Assembly: GCF_903837595.1 (NCBI RefSeq)
Contig: NZ_CAILVI010000494.1
Coordinates: forward strand, 2,551 to 66,550
Length of the DNA stretch: 64,000 bases
Direction: 5' to 3'
DNA from: an uncultured Thiodictyon sp.
GTDB taxonomy: Bacteria; Pseudomonadota; Gammaproteobacteria; Chromatiales; Chromatiaceae
Shown: positions 37,498 through 50,291 of the stretch, one piece after another
Layout of the letters: every line of letters begins with the position of its first letter
How positions within the stretch are numbered: the first letter of the stretch is position 1
Program-made: the position numbers and the translations under genes
The notes under the pieces: model-generated
What the model saw: only the letters and a program-made list of their open reading frames with translations
Told to the model about the DNA's origin: nothing
The model's database searches: none

Positions 37498-39158
37498 TGG
37501 CTGACCCCGGAGGCGCGCGACCTCGGTGAATCGGAGATCGCCCCGGCCGGGCGGTTTGCGGCCCACCTGTATGGGCATATGCACGAGGCCAAGATCAGCT
37601 ATCTGCGGCGCGGCGGCGACCCCTAGGCGGTGCGCCAGTGCCAGGGGGGCTCGGTCTTCGGCATGGAGCACCATGGTGAACCACCCAAGGTGGAGCGTGC
37701 GCACGGCTACGCCGCCGGCCGGATTCGATTCACGGGCCAGGATGCGCAGCTGCAACTGTGGCCACGCATCGCGACCAAGGGCATCGGCCGCTGGCGCTAC
37801 GTCCCCGACCACACACACGCTGTGCTGCAAACGGACGAGGGCACTGCGCCCGAGACCCTGCCCCTGCCGAACCCCACCCGGGTGATCGCGACCCCCGCCC
37901 CGACCCCGGAGGCCGCCCGACCCGCCGCGCCACACTCCACACTCCCCGTGCGGCGCCCCTTCTTCGGCCACGCCGCCGAACTCGCCCGGGTCGCCGCCTG
38001 TCTCGCACCGGAGGACCGCACCCGACTCTATGCCGAGACGCAGGGCAACCCGCTGCTCATCACCTGGACCCTGGGCCAACTGGGGCTCGACCGGGGCCGC
38101 TGCCGCACCCTGGAGGCGGCCGTCGCGGGGCTGCAAGAGGCGCAGGCCGGCAATGACCCGCTGGGGTTCGTCTTCGGGGACCTGGTGGAGACCTTCACCG
38201 CGGACGAGACCGCCGTGCTCGCCGCGCTGTCGCACTTCACCGAGCCCGCGCAGCCGGACTGGCTGCTGCCCCTGACCGGGCTCAGCCGGACCGCGGTGGA
38301 GACGGCGCTCGATGACCTGCGCGACCGCGCACTGCTGATCGTGGATGAGGACGGAGACCGGTGGCTCCTGCCCGCGCTGGCCGCGCGCTTCCTGCGCCGG
38401 GTCCAGCACGAGGCGGTCGGGGAGACCGGCGAACGCCTGGCCGACCGGGCCGATGCGCTGGCCCAGGAGAACGACTGGGATCAATACGACCGCTTCGCGG
38501 TCCTGGACGCTGCCTGGGCCGAGGTCAAGGCGGCCCTGCCTGTGCTGCTCGCGGGCGACAACCGGCGGCTGCAAGGGACCTGCGGCGCGCTGAAGGACTT
38601 TCTGGACTTCTCCGGCCGCTGGGACGACTGACTGGAGCTCAGCCTGGCCACCGAGTTCAGGGCCGAAGTGGCAGGGGACTGGGATAGCGCCGGTTGGCGA
38701 GCCTATGACGCCGGCTGGTGCCAAACCCTGCGCGACAATGCGGACGGGGTGCTCGGCTGCGCCGGGCGGGCGGAGGCCCATTGGCAGACAGCCCAAGCCA
38801 GCGCCAGCGAGCGCGCAGCCGCGATACGCCTGCGCGGCGAGGGCGATCTGCTTGTAGGGAATCACCTGCGGGGCATTGCCGCCCTCCGCGAAGCATTGGA
38901 TCTTGATCGCAGAGTCTGGACCGCGACGACTGGCCCGCGAGCGAGTCACTGGCCCGGGAGGCCCTGGCCGAATCGATCGGGCGCAAGGAATTGATCGCAA
39001 GTGACTGTCGACGCCTCGCCAAGGCCCTCGCCCGCCAGGGCCGCGGCGCCGAGGGCCGCTGCCACGCCGAGCGCGCCGTCGCCATCTGCACCGAACTGCG
39101 ACATCCGGATCTAGCCGGGGCAGTGGCCACCCTCGCCGAGTGCCAGGCCCAAGCCTGA
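37498..39158 (+). pseudogene. Decayed STAND-type NTPase with a phosphoesterase-like 5' remnant and TPR-like C-terminus
   Basis: HLYGHMHE remnant, then an in-frame TAG at 37624..37626. FFGHAAEL... runs directly into ..GNPLLI with no P-loop between them. In-frame TGA at 38629..38631 (RWDD*LELS). A further frame change precedes the tail ...ELIASDCRRLAKALARQGR...LAECQAQA. Confidence 0.55.
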
Positions 39159-39211
39159 CCCCACCATGATCCTCGTAGGAGCGGCCCCCCGGCCGCGACC
39201 AGACTGGCAAA

Positions 39212-39547
39212 TTGACGCTCAGCAAGGGCGAGAAGGTCAAGGGCCTGACCGGGGTGGTCATCACCAACAGGCCCGGCCAGGCCAAGCTGCTGCGGCCGAT
39301 GACCATCGGCGGCCACAAGGCCCCCGCCGGCGCCGTCGTCTACCTGCTGACCTATCAGGGCGAGGGCTTCTACAAGGCGTGGTATGACGGCAAGGTGTTC
39401 AAGAACCTAGACTTTTCGGATGAGAGCCTGATCAAGGTCGAGACTGCGCCCGATGAGATCTGGTGGGTCAAGGTCAGGGACAGAAAGGGGCAGACCGGGT
39501 GGACCAAGGAAACGGATCACTTCGGCAACATGGATGCGTGCGGCTGA
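39212..39547 (+). CDS. SH3b-like small protein, possibly an N-terminally truncated fragment
   Basis: WWVKVRDRKGQTGWT is bacterial-SH3-like. The frame opens inside a REP-A copy and only a TTG start is available. Confidence 0.35.
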   Translation: MTLSKGEKVKGLTGVVITNRPGQAKLLRPMTIGGHKAPAGAVVYLLTYQGEGFYKAWYDGKVFKNLDFSDESLIKVETAPDEIWWVKVRDRKGQTGWTKETDHFGNMDACG

Positions 39548-39576
39548 CGCGGCATCGCGGATTGCTGCGGCACCGC

Positions 39577-39640
39577 GTCGCGGGCGGGGGGCCGCTCCTA
39601 CGGGATCGCATGTAGGGGCGGGTTTGAAACCCGCCCCTAC
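39577..39640. terminator. REP-A copy plus a 29-bp near-perfect palindrome between convergent genes; candidate bidirectional terminator
   Basis: GTCGCGGGCGGGGGGCCGCTCCTAC at 39577..39601, and GTAGGGGCGGGTTTGAAACCCGCCCCTAC at 39612..39640. Lies between the stop at 39547 (+) and the ppc stop at 39649 (-). Confidence 0.5.
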
Positions 39641-39648
39641 GGGCCGGA

Positions 39649-42477
39649 TCACCCGGTATTGCGCATTCCCGCCGCAATGGCATTGATAGAGCGCAATAGC
39701 GGATCGAGCCATTCCTCCTCCAACGCCTCGTCCTGCTCGGCGCGATAGCGCCCGAGCACCGCCACCTGGATATGGTTGAGCGGGTCCAGATAGAGGTTGC
39801 GGCGGACCAGTGAATGGGCCAGCTCCGGGGTGTCCTCCATCAGTGAGCGCAGGCCGGCAACATTCAGCACCTGGGTGCAGGTGCGCTCATATTCGGCATC
39901 GATCAGTCCGTAGATCGCGGCTGCCTGCCGCTGGTCCTGGGCCAGGCGCAGGTATTCGCGGGCGATGTGCATCTCGGCCTTGAAGAGCGACATCTGGGTG
40001 TTGGACAGCAGCGCGCGGAAATAGGGCCACTCCTGGTACATGCGCTGGAGCTTGGCGAGCCGCTCGGGGTCGCTGCCGCGCCAGCGCTCGATGGCCTGGC
40101 CGACACTGAACCAGGCCGGCAGTGTGGTGCGCGACTGGCCCCAGCCGAAGACCCAGGGGATGGCGCGGATGGAGGACAGCGCCCGGTCGCCCTTCTTTCG
40201 GTGCGAGGGCCGCGAGCCGATGTTGAGCAAGGCGATGGCATCGAGCGGCGTGCACTCATAGAAATAGTCGAGGAAGCCATCGGTCTCACGCACCAGCTTG
40301 CGGTAGCCCTCCTCGCCCAGGCGTGCCAGCTCGTCCATGATGCCCAGATAGTCCTTGCGGTCCGGCGGGGGCGGTGCGATCAGGCAGCGGCTGGCCTTGA
40401 TGAGCCCGCTGATGCCCATGATCAGCTCATAGCGGGCGGTCTCCGGGTTGGCATAGCGGTAAGACAGCACCTCGCCCTGCTCGGTGAACTTGATCTGGCC
40501 GTGGACCGTGTCCGGCGGCTGGGCGAGGATCGCCTCGTGGGTCGGGCCGCCGCCACGCCCGATGGTACCGCCGCGGCCGTGGAAGAGTCGGCAGGAGACC
40601 TGGCGGTTATCGGCCAGCGCGATCACCTTGCGCTGCGCCTCGTAGAGGTTCCAACTGGCGCAGAGGATGCCGCCGTCCTTGCAGGAGTCCGAGTAGCCGA
40701 GCATCACCTCCTGACGGTTGCCGGAGGCCTTGAGCAGCGCGCTGTAGGTGGGATTATCGAACAGCGCGGTCATCACCGCGTCGATGTGGCCCAGGTCTTC
40801 GATGGTCTCGAACAGCGGGGAGATCTGAATGTTGCAGAACCACCCCTGCCGGTCACGCCCGGCGAGTCCGGCCAGGCGCGCCAGCAGCATCACCTCCATC
40901 ACATGGCTGGCGGTGTGGGTCATGGAGATGACGTACTGGCCGAAACAGCCGCGGCCGATCTCCGCGGTGAGGCGCGCCATCACCTCGAAGACCTCCAGGG
41001 TCTCGCGGGTCGCCGGGGTCAGGGTCGCCTTCTCGAAGATGAACGGGTGGGGGTGGGCGATCGACTCGGCCAGGGCCATGAGCCGCTGGTCCTCGTCGAA
41101 GGCCTCGTAATAGGGGGCGCCAGGCTGGCGGGCGAAAAGCTCAGTCACCGCCTGAGTGTGACGGGTCGACTCCTGGCGGCAGTCCAGATGCACCAGGTGG
41201 AAGCCAAAGCTCTCCGCCAGGCGGATGAGGTCTTGCAGCGCACCGGCGGCGGCGTTGGCGTCGCCATGGTGGATGAGCGAGTCGCGGATCAGATAGAGGT
41301 CGGCGAGGAACTCGCGGTCGCCGGCGTAGCCGCCCGACGGCACCGCGTGGTGCTCACCGCGCAGCCGGGCGCGCACCCGGTCCAGGTTGGCGACGAGGCG
41401 GTGGTCCATGATGGCGAGCTTGCGCCGGTAGGGCTCACTGGCGAAACGGCGCAGGCCCTGGCCCATGGTCTCCAGCCAGTATTCCTCGTCCGCGTCCAGG
41501 CTGTCCATGAAGGCCGGTGAGGGCTGGCAGATGGGTACGGTGTGACTCAGCACCCGGCGCAAGGCGATGACCCGCCGGTGGTACTCCTCCAGCACCAATT
41601 GATGGTGCATGCGCACCGCGAGCTCCGTGGTTTCAGGCTTGACGAACGGATTGCCGTCCCGGTCCCCACCGATCCAGGAGCCGAAGCGGATGAAGCTCGG
41701 CACCTGCAGCGCGCTCTCCGGGCCATAACAACGGCGGATCGCCTTCTCCAGGTTCCGATAGGTCTCCGGCACCGCCTTGAACAGCGACTCACGGAAATAG
41801 TGCAGGCCCTGGCGAACCTCGTCGATCACCTGGGGTTTGTGGACGCGGACCTCGTCGGTCTTCCACAGGCCCTGGATCTCGGTCAGGATCGCCTGGAGCT
41901 GTTCCACACGCTCCTCCTCGTTCAGGCGCTGGCGGTGCAGGCCCTGGGCGATCAGGAAGATGCGCCGGAAGGCGTCCGAGATGGTGCGGCGCTTCGACTC
42001 GGTCGGGTGGGCGGTGAAGACCGGCAGATAGATCAGATGGTTGAGCAGGTCCTGGAACTTCTCCGGGGGCACCCCATCGGCGTGGAACTGGCGCACCGTG
42101 TCGTCGAACGAACCGAACCACAGACGCTCGCCCGAGGAGATGCGGTCCATGCGCGAGAGGTAGGCGTTGAGCTCCTCGGCGGTGTTCACCAACCCGAAGA
42201 AAATGGTGAAGGCGCGAATCACCTCCGAGATGGTCTGGGGGTCCACCGCGTCGATGCGCTTCATCAGCTTTTCGCGCAGGGCCGCGTCCTCCTGTTCACG
42301 CAACTGCATGAATCCGTCGCGCAGCCGCTCCACGATCACCAGCACGCGCTTGCGGCTGTGCTCGCGCAAGACCTCGCCGAGCAGGGCGGTGAAGAGCTTG
42401 ATGTCGCGTTCCAGGTCCAGGCCCTGGTCCAGGACCTGGTGTCCCTCCTGGGTCCCATCGGGGATACTCTGATTCAT
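39649..42477 (-). CDS. ppc: Phosphoenolpyruvate carboxylase
   Basis: 942 aa. Contains VFTAHPTE, GYSDS.KDGG and FHGRGGTIGRGGGP motifs and the C-terminal ..AAGMRNTG. Confidence 0.97.
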   Translation of the reverse strand: MNQSIPDGTQEGHQVLDQGLDLERDIKLFTALLGEVLREHSRKRVLVIVERLRDGFMQLREQEDAALREKLMKRIDAVDPQTISEVIRAFTIFFGLVNTAEELNAYLSRMDRISSGERLWFGSFDDTVRQFHADGVPPEKFQDLLNHLIYLPVFTAHPTESKRRTISDAFRRIFLIAQGLHRQRLNEEERVEQLQAILTEIQGLWKTDEVRVHKPQVIDEVRQGLHYFRESLFKAVPETYRNLEKAIRRCYGPESALQVPSFIRFGSWIGGDRDGNPFVKPETTELAVRMHHQLVLEEYHRRVIALRRVLSHTVPICQPSPAFMDSLDADEEYWLETMGQGLRRFASEPYRRKLAIMDHRLVANLDRVRARLRGEHHAVPSGGYAGDREFLADLYLIRDSLIHHGDANAAAGALQDLIRLAESFGFHLVHLDCRQESTRHTQAVTELFARQPGAPYYEAFDEDQRLMALAESIAHPHPFIFEKATLTPATRETLEVFEVMARLTAEIGRGCFGQYVISMTHTASHVMEVMLLARLAGLAGRDRQGWFCNIQISPLFETIEDLGHIDAVMTALFDNPTYSALLKASGNRQEVMLGYSDSCKDGGILCASWNLYEAQRKVIALADNRQVSCRLFHGRGGTIGRGGGPTHEAILAQPPDTVHGQIKFTEQGEVLSYRYANPETARYELIMGISGLIKASRCLIAPPPPDRKDYLGIMDELARLGEEGYRKLVRETDGFLDYFYECTPLDAIALLNIGSRPSHRKKGDRALSSIRAIPWVFGWGQSRTTLPAWFSVGQAIERWRGSDPERLAKLQRMYQEWPYFRALLSNTQMSLFKAEMHIAREYLRLAQDQRQAAAIYGLIDAEYERTCTQVLNVAGLRSLMEDTPELAHSLVRRNLYLDPLNHIQVAVLGRYRAEQDEALEEEWLDPLLRSINAIAAGMRNTG

Positions 42478-42604
42478 TGACAGATTCCGCGTGCGTCCGC
42501 TAGGGTAATTGTCTCAAGTCGGCATTCTAACCCGTGGGGGCAGAGTACAGGCGGGCGAATCGGTGCGGCGGGTCGCCTCATCGCAGCACTGCCCTCGTCC
42601 CCGC

Positions 42605-43030
42605 TCAGTCCTCGGCGTCGACGCGGCTCAGCTTCCGGCGCTTGACCAGATAGTAACCGCCGACCAGGGTCGCCAGCAGGGCTGCCAGGGCCATCAGATA
42701 GAGTGGGTCGTGCGCGGATGAATCCAGCACCACCACCTTGCGCGTCAGCGCGGTGATGGCGATCGCCAGCATCATCTCGACATGCAGTGATTTGTCCTTC
42801 AAATACATGTAAATGCTCGACATGAACTCCATCGCGATGAGGACGACCAGGAACATGCCGAAGACCTCGAACAACTCGTGCTGGTTCAGCAGCAGACCGT
42901 CTTTATTGGTCAGGTACTGGTAGAGCGTGAACAAGAGCTCCACCACGGCGAAGGCCGCCACGGCACCGATCAGGAGCAGCAGGAGGGCCGCCAGGGCGCG
43001 CTCATAGAGGTGAAAAAGACGATCGATCAT
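42605..43030 (-). CDS. PsiE-family membrane protein
   Basis: 141 aa with four TM segments; the LVVLIAMEF...LTRKVVVLD pattern is recalled as PsiE-like. Confidence 0.65.
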   Translation of the reverse strand: MIDRLFHLYERALAALLLLLIGAVAAFAVVELLFTLYQYLTNKDGLLLNQHELFEVFGMFLVVLIAMEFMSSIYMYLKDKSLHVEMMLAIAITALTRKVVVLDSSAHDPLYLMALAALLATLVGGYYLVKRRKLSRVDAED

Positions 43031-43207
43031 GGTTGCGCTGGGTCGGGACTGGTGGTTGGAATATCAGGCTGCAGTGTAAGGCCAAAGGCCCGCCGCGCGC
43101 ACGCGCACCCGAGCACACTGGGGAACCTGGACGGCCGCCCCCAACTGCGGGTGACGTCAGGGCGCGCCTGCCCTATCCTGACGGCCGACCGCACCCCGGA
43201 GCCCCCC

Positions 43208-43870
43208 ATGAACCGCAACCCTTTTTTCCCCCGCTTCGCCGACCTGCCGGTCGAGATCCCGATCTTTCCACTGTCCGGTGCAGTGGTGATGCCTGGAGTG
43301 CAGCTGCCGCTGAATATGTTCGAGCCGCGCTACCTGAACCTGGTGACCGATGCACTGGCCGATGCACACCTCATCGGCATGGTCCAGCCCACCAGCGAGA
43401 CCCTGGAGGCGGATGAACCAGAGATCCACCGCATCGGCTGCGCCGGGCGCATCACCTCCTACAGCGAGACCCCCGACGGTCGGATCGTGCTGGTCCTGAC
43501 CGGGATATGCCGCTTCCAGGTGCGCGCCGAGGTGGCTGGACGCGGGGGTTACCGGCGGGTGTCAGTGGACTGGGAGCGCTTCGCCGCCGACTGCCATGAG
43601 GAGACCCAGACCATCGCCGACCGCGACGGCTTCCTCGTCTCACTCAAGTCCTATTGCACCCTGCGCGGGGTCGAGGTGCCCTGGGATGAGGTCAAGAAGA
43701 TGGCCGACAGCGACCTCGTCAACCTGCTGTGCGCCCACCTGCCGCTGAGCCCGGAGGACAAACAGGCCCTGGTCGAGACCATCCCGCTCGGCGAGCGCGC
43801 TAGCCTGATGCGGGGCCTGATGGACATGGCCTCCGCCGCCAGTATGGATGTGGCTGAACTGCGACATTAG
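43208..43870 (+). CDS. LON substrate-binding (LON N-terminal) domain protein
   Basis: IPIFPLSGAVVMPGVQLPLNMFEPRYLNLV is typical of the Lon N-domain. No ATPase or protease part. Confidence 0.85.
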   Translation: MNRNPFFPRFADLPVEIPIFPLSGAVVMPGVQLPLNMFEPRYLNLVTDALADAHLIGMVQPTSETLEADEPEIHRIGCAGRITSYSETPDGRIVLVLTGICRFQVRAEVAGRGGYRRVSVDWERFAADCHEETQTIADRDGFLVSLKSYCTLRGVEVPWDEVKKMADSDLVNLLCAHLPLSPEDKQALVETIPLGERASLMRGLMDMASAASMDVAELRH

Positions 43871-44017
43871 CGGCGTGGCGCCCTCGCCGCAACGCGCTGG
43901 GCCGGGGCGCCCGACACGGATCGGCCGCGGGGGAACGCCCTTCTCTGGTAGGATCTTGCCCCTTAGCGCGGCTGGCCGCGCCAATCCAGTCCCGCTACCC
44001 GAGAGGTACCCGCAGCG

Positions 44018-44632
44018 ATGGAGCCATATCCAGGCGACCAATACCCGTCGATCCCCGGGATCGACAGTGCCGAGCTCATGGAGCGCGTCGGCGACGACCT
44101 GGACCTGTTCTGGGAGGTGCTCGGCGAGTTCAGTGATTTTTACCGGGAGACACCGACGCAGATCGCCCAAGCCCTGGAGCAGGACCCCACCACCGCCCGG
44201 CAGTTGGCCCACACCCTCAAAGGTGTACTAGGCAACCTGGCGGCCATTGAGCTGTTCCCCGTCTGCACGGCCCTGCACCAGGCCATCCGCGAGGGCCATC
44301 CGCAGGACTACCCGCCACTGCTCGCCACCCTGTCCGCGGGCATCCCGGCCCTGTGCGACGCCATTGCCGCCGCCCGTGACGGGGTCGTGGGCGCGCCGCT
44401 ACCGGACCCCGGGCCGAGTGTCGACCCGGACTGGTTGGCGCAGCGCTATGCCGCGCTGGGGGCGGCACTGGCCGGGCACCAGGCGCGAGACTGCAAGACC
44501 CTGGCGGAGGAACTCGCGGCGGCCGCCCTCCCCACCGCCGAACGGGCCTGCTGCACCGAGCTTCAGGGGCTGATCCGCGCCTATCGCTTTCAGGACGCAC
44601 AGGCGCTGCTTGAACAACACCTGCATGGCTGA
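44018..44632 (+). CDS. Hpt (histidine phosphotransfer) domain protein
   Basis: The QLAHTLKGVLGNLAA phospho-His motif lies in a helical N-terminal half; the C-terminal half is uncharacterised. Confidence 0.75.
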   Translation: MEPYPGDQYPSIPGIDSAELMERVGDDLDLFWEVLGEFSDFYRETPTQIAQALEQDPTTARQLAHTLKGVLGNLAAIELFPVCTALHQAIREGHPQDYPPLLATLSAGIPALCDAIAAARDGVVGAPLPDPGPSVDPDWLAQRYAALGAALAGHQARDCKTLAEELAAAALPTAERACCTELQGLIRAYRFQDAQALLEQHLHG

Positions 44633-44676
44633 CCAGACCCGAGGTTCTGGTCGTCGAGCGATGAAGCCGCCCCTCC

Positions 44677-47418
<2,742 letters not shown>

Positions 47419-47446
47419 GCTCGATCTGTACTCTAAACCTTCAAGC

Positions 47447-48385
47447 TCAGCGCGATTCCGGCAGGAAATCCGGGAAATAATCGATGACAAAAGGGTAGTA
47501 GGCCAGGGCGATGCGCCTGAACTCACCGCTGGCCTTCAGCTTCTTTAGAAACTGGTTGAAGGACTCGCGAAGGTCATTGTCCGCGGGACGGAAGGCCGGG
47601 GCCATGTCCTGCCGCTCACTGACCGGCCCAATGACCTTGATTTCTCCCGGCCATTTTTGCAGGGCCACCAGCGCGTCCGGCACGTCGAGCAGGGTCAGTT
47701 GCGACTCCCCATTGATCACCGCCGGGACCAACTCGTTCAAAGTGCCCTGGAACATGGTGATCTTGGCGCCGGTCGCCTTGATGTCATAAAGCTCGGGGTC
47801 GAGGCAGGTATTGGCCTTACCGAGCAGGGTGCGGCGCGGCATCAGGGCCTTGGTGGCGGCGATGTCCTTGTCCAGCACCGCGCTGGGCCGGATGGGCGAC
47901 ACCGGCAGGTCCGCCCGGGAGACCAACCAGACCTGGTTCGGGAAGGTCGGCGCCGCGAAGGCCACCACCTTGGCCCGCCAGGGAATCACGGTCATCCCGT
48001 TGGCAATCACGTCGCCGCGGATCGGTGTCTCACCCAGCACCTCATAGTCATCGCCCTTGCTCTTGACCCTGCGGCCGGTCAGGTCGCCGATGATCTCGGC
48101 CCAGTCGCTCTGCACGAACTCGTAGCGTACCCCCAGATGTGCCGCAAAGGCGCGCATCAACTCGACGTCCATGCCGTCTCCGGCACCGGTAACGAAGTTT
48201 GCATAGGGGACGCCCAAGTGGCGCAGGACCCCGCGCTCCTTGACCTCGGCCAAAGCGCCGGCCGCCGCCGCGCTCACCAGCGCGACGGTGAGCGCGAGGC
48301 CAACGATGAGCCCACCAACAAGGCCACGATCGAAGCGGTGCCGGAAAGCGCTGGCGCGCGCGCTTGGAGATGATGGGTGGTGCAT
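47447..48385 (-). CDS. Periplasmic substrate-binding protein, family 3 (amino-acid-binding type)
   Basis: Start at MHHPSSP followed by a signal/TM segment. SBP_bac_3-like layout. Lies directly upstream of the kinase gene. Confidence 0.8.
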   Translation of the reverse strand: MHHPSSPSARASAFRHRFDRGLVGGLIVGLALTVALVSAAAAGALAEVKERGVLRHLGVPYANFVTGAGDGMDVELMRAFAAHLGVRYEFVQSDWAEIIGDLTGRRVKSKGDDYEVLGETPIRGDVIANGMTVIPWRAKVVAFAAPTFPNQVWLVSRADLPVSPIRPSAVLDKDIAATKALMPRRTLLGKANTCLDPELYDIKATGAKITMFQGTLNELVPAVINGESQLTLLDVPDALVALQKWPGEIKVIGPVSERQDMAPAFRPADNDLRESFNQFLKKLKASGEFRRIALAYYPFVIDYFPDFLPESR

Positions 48386-48716
48386 GGTGTTCCTCTGGTT
48401 ACAGGCCTGTTCTGGCGCTTGGTTACCGCAATAAGCAATATCCATACCAATAAAGTAAGCCATCCTTAACAAATAGTTAACAATAACCACTAGCGCGTCG
48501 TTTGCAAATTGCGACGCAAACCGGCTCGCGATTCTGGGCCTGCGTCGGCGCCGGACGCAAGGGGTTGCGTAGTCCGGATCTGGCCCTGATACTACACTGT
48601 TAGTTCGCTTTGACCCAGAGGCGAAGGGTCGGCCCCGGCAGCGCGACCGGGCCGCGACGCCATCCGCATCGGCCATTGCCCCATCCACCTACCCCTATGC
48701 AGGATCTCGCCCGACC

Positions 48717-49598
48717 ATGAGACTCAAGACACTCTTCCTCTCAGCGGCTACCTTGCTGGTCGCCGGCCTACTGATCGCATCCCCACCGGCCGATGCCAGG
48801 CGCATGGGCGGCGGGGGCAGTGTCGGCAAACAATACAGCATGCCGAGCCAGACCGCAGCACCCCAACGGGCGCCCAGCCAGGGCGCACAGGGCATCGCCG
48901 GAGCGCGCCCCCCACAGGCTGGCGGCGCCAGCCGCTGGCTCGGCCCCCTGGCCGGGCTGGCCGCCGGCGGGCTGCTCGCCTCCCTGTTCTTCGGCGGCGC
49001 CTTCCAAGGCTTTCAGTTCATGGACTTCCTCCTGATTGCCGCGCTGGCAGTCGGCGCCTTCATGCTGTTTCGCCGGTTGCGCCGCGGCCAGGCCGGGCCC
49101 CAGCCCGCGGCGGCCGGGGCCTATAGCAAAACCGCGCTCACCGACCTGGCCGCAGCGGAACAAGGCGTCGCGGGGGGCGGCACCGGCTTGGGTGCGCCAC
49201 CGCATCCGTTCGCGGGCAGCAACCAGTTCCCGGTCTGGTTCGACGCCGCAGCTTTCATTGCGGGTGCCAAAGACCACTATATCCGCCTGCAAGCGGCCTG
49301 GGACAAGGCGGACTTCCAGGACATCCGCGACTACACCACCCCGGAACTGTTCGCCGAATTGCAGCGGGACCGTGATCGCCTGAGCGGCACCCAGTACACC
49401 GAGGTGGTGCGGCTGAACGCCGAACTGGCATCCGTGCAGCGCGACGGCGACCTAGCGGTGGCTAGCATCCTATTTTCCGGCCTGATCCGCGAGGATCAGC
49501 AAGGCTTGGCCCAGGAGTTCCGCGAGTTCTGGCACGTCCAGCACGCCTGGGCAAGCGCCGCCGGCGACTGGTATGTCGCCGGTATTCAACAGGCATGA
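48717..49598 (+). CDS. Tim44-like domain protein
   Basis: Signal peptide, Gly-rich segment and TM. The C-terminal FIAGAKDHYIRLQAAWDKADFQDIRDYTTPELFAEL region is typical of bacterial Tim44-like proteins. Confidence 0.8.
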   Translation: MRLKTLFLSAATLLVAGLLIASPPADARRMGGGGSVGKQYSMPSQTAAPQRAPSQGAQGIAGARPPQAGGASRWLGPLAGLAAGGLLASLFFGGAFQGFQFMDFLLIAALAVGAFMLFRRLRRGQAGPQPAAAGAYSKTALTDLAAAEQGVAGGGTGLGAPPHPFAGSNQFPVWFDAAAFIAGAKDHYIRLQAAWDKADFQDIRDYTTPELFAELQRDRDRLSGTQYTEVVRLNAELASVQRDGDLAVASILFSGLIREDQQGLAQEFREFWHVQHAWASAAGDWYVAGIQQA

Positions 49599-49610
49599 TG
49601 AGGTCAAGCC

Positions 49611-50033
49611 ATGTCTCCGAACACTCCCCCGCGCCACGGTAAGACCGGTCGACCGATCGATACCGACAAACTCGACCGCATCGTCAGTGAGGCGCGTGCG
49701 GCCAGCGATGGGCGCGCCGTCGGTTACCGCGAACAGGCCCTCAAGCTCTACCCCTGGGTATGCGGACGCTGCAGTCGCGAGTTCGACCGGCTCAACCTGC
49801 GTGAGCTGACCGTCCATCACAAGAATATGAACCACGACCACAACCCACCGGACGGCAGCAACTGGGAACTGCTGTGTCTGTATTGCCACGACAACGAGCA
49901 CCAGCGCTATGAGGAGCACCGCGCCGCCGTGGCCGCCGGCCGAGGCGGCAAGACGCTCGGCGACAGCGGCCCGCAGACCACTCACAAGGCACTGGAAGGG
50001 CTGGCCGAGTTGCTGAAGGGCCGCAGTACCTGA
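49611..50033 (+). CDS. yajD: YajD-family HNH nuclease
   Basis: CGRCSREF...LTVHHKNMNHDHNPPDGSNWELLCLYCHDNEH. Confidence 0.85.
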   Translation: MSPNTPPRHGKTGRPIDTDKLDRIVSEARAASDGRAVGYREQALKLYPWVCGRCSREFDRLNLRELTVHHKNMNHDHNPPDGSNWELLCLYCHDNEHQRYEEHRAAVAAGRGGKTLGDSGPQTTHKALEGLAELLKGRST

Positions 50034-50291
50034 TCGGCAGCGGGCAACCGCACGCCCAATCACGCGGCAAGGTCGGAGCGGCGTGCGAGTAACTATTTCC
50101 AGCCAACGGGTACGATCTCGCGGTCGTGCGCTTGGGCGCAAAGCCCGGTTGGTCTGATGCGGAGCCTCGCCAGTAGTGCGTGATTTAGCGCCTCCGGCCT
50201 GACCGGGCACGACTGGCGCGACGTGATAACCTTGGCTGCTTCGCCTGCCGCAGCACCCTGCGGACCGGTCCGCATTCCAGAGCCCCGCCCC

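Noticed and set aside
37261-39318. 685-aa minus-strand ORF, the longest unexplained ORF in the track
   Set aside because: Its translation is low-complexity and Arg/Gly/Pro/Ala-rich with no motifs. It overlaps recognisable plus-strand STAND/TPR remnants and the 5' end of a real GT4 gene. This is a typical antisense shadow ORF in high-GC DNA.
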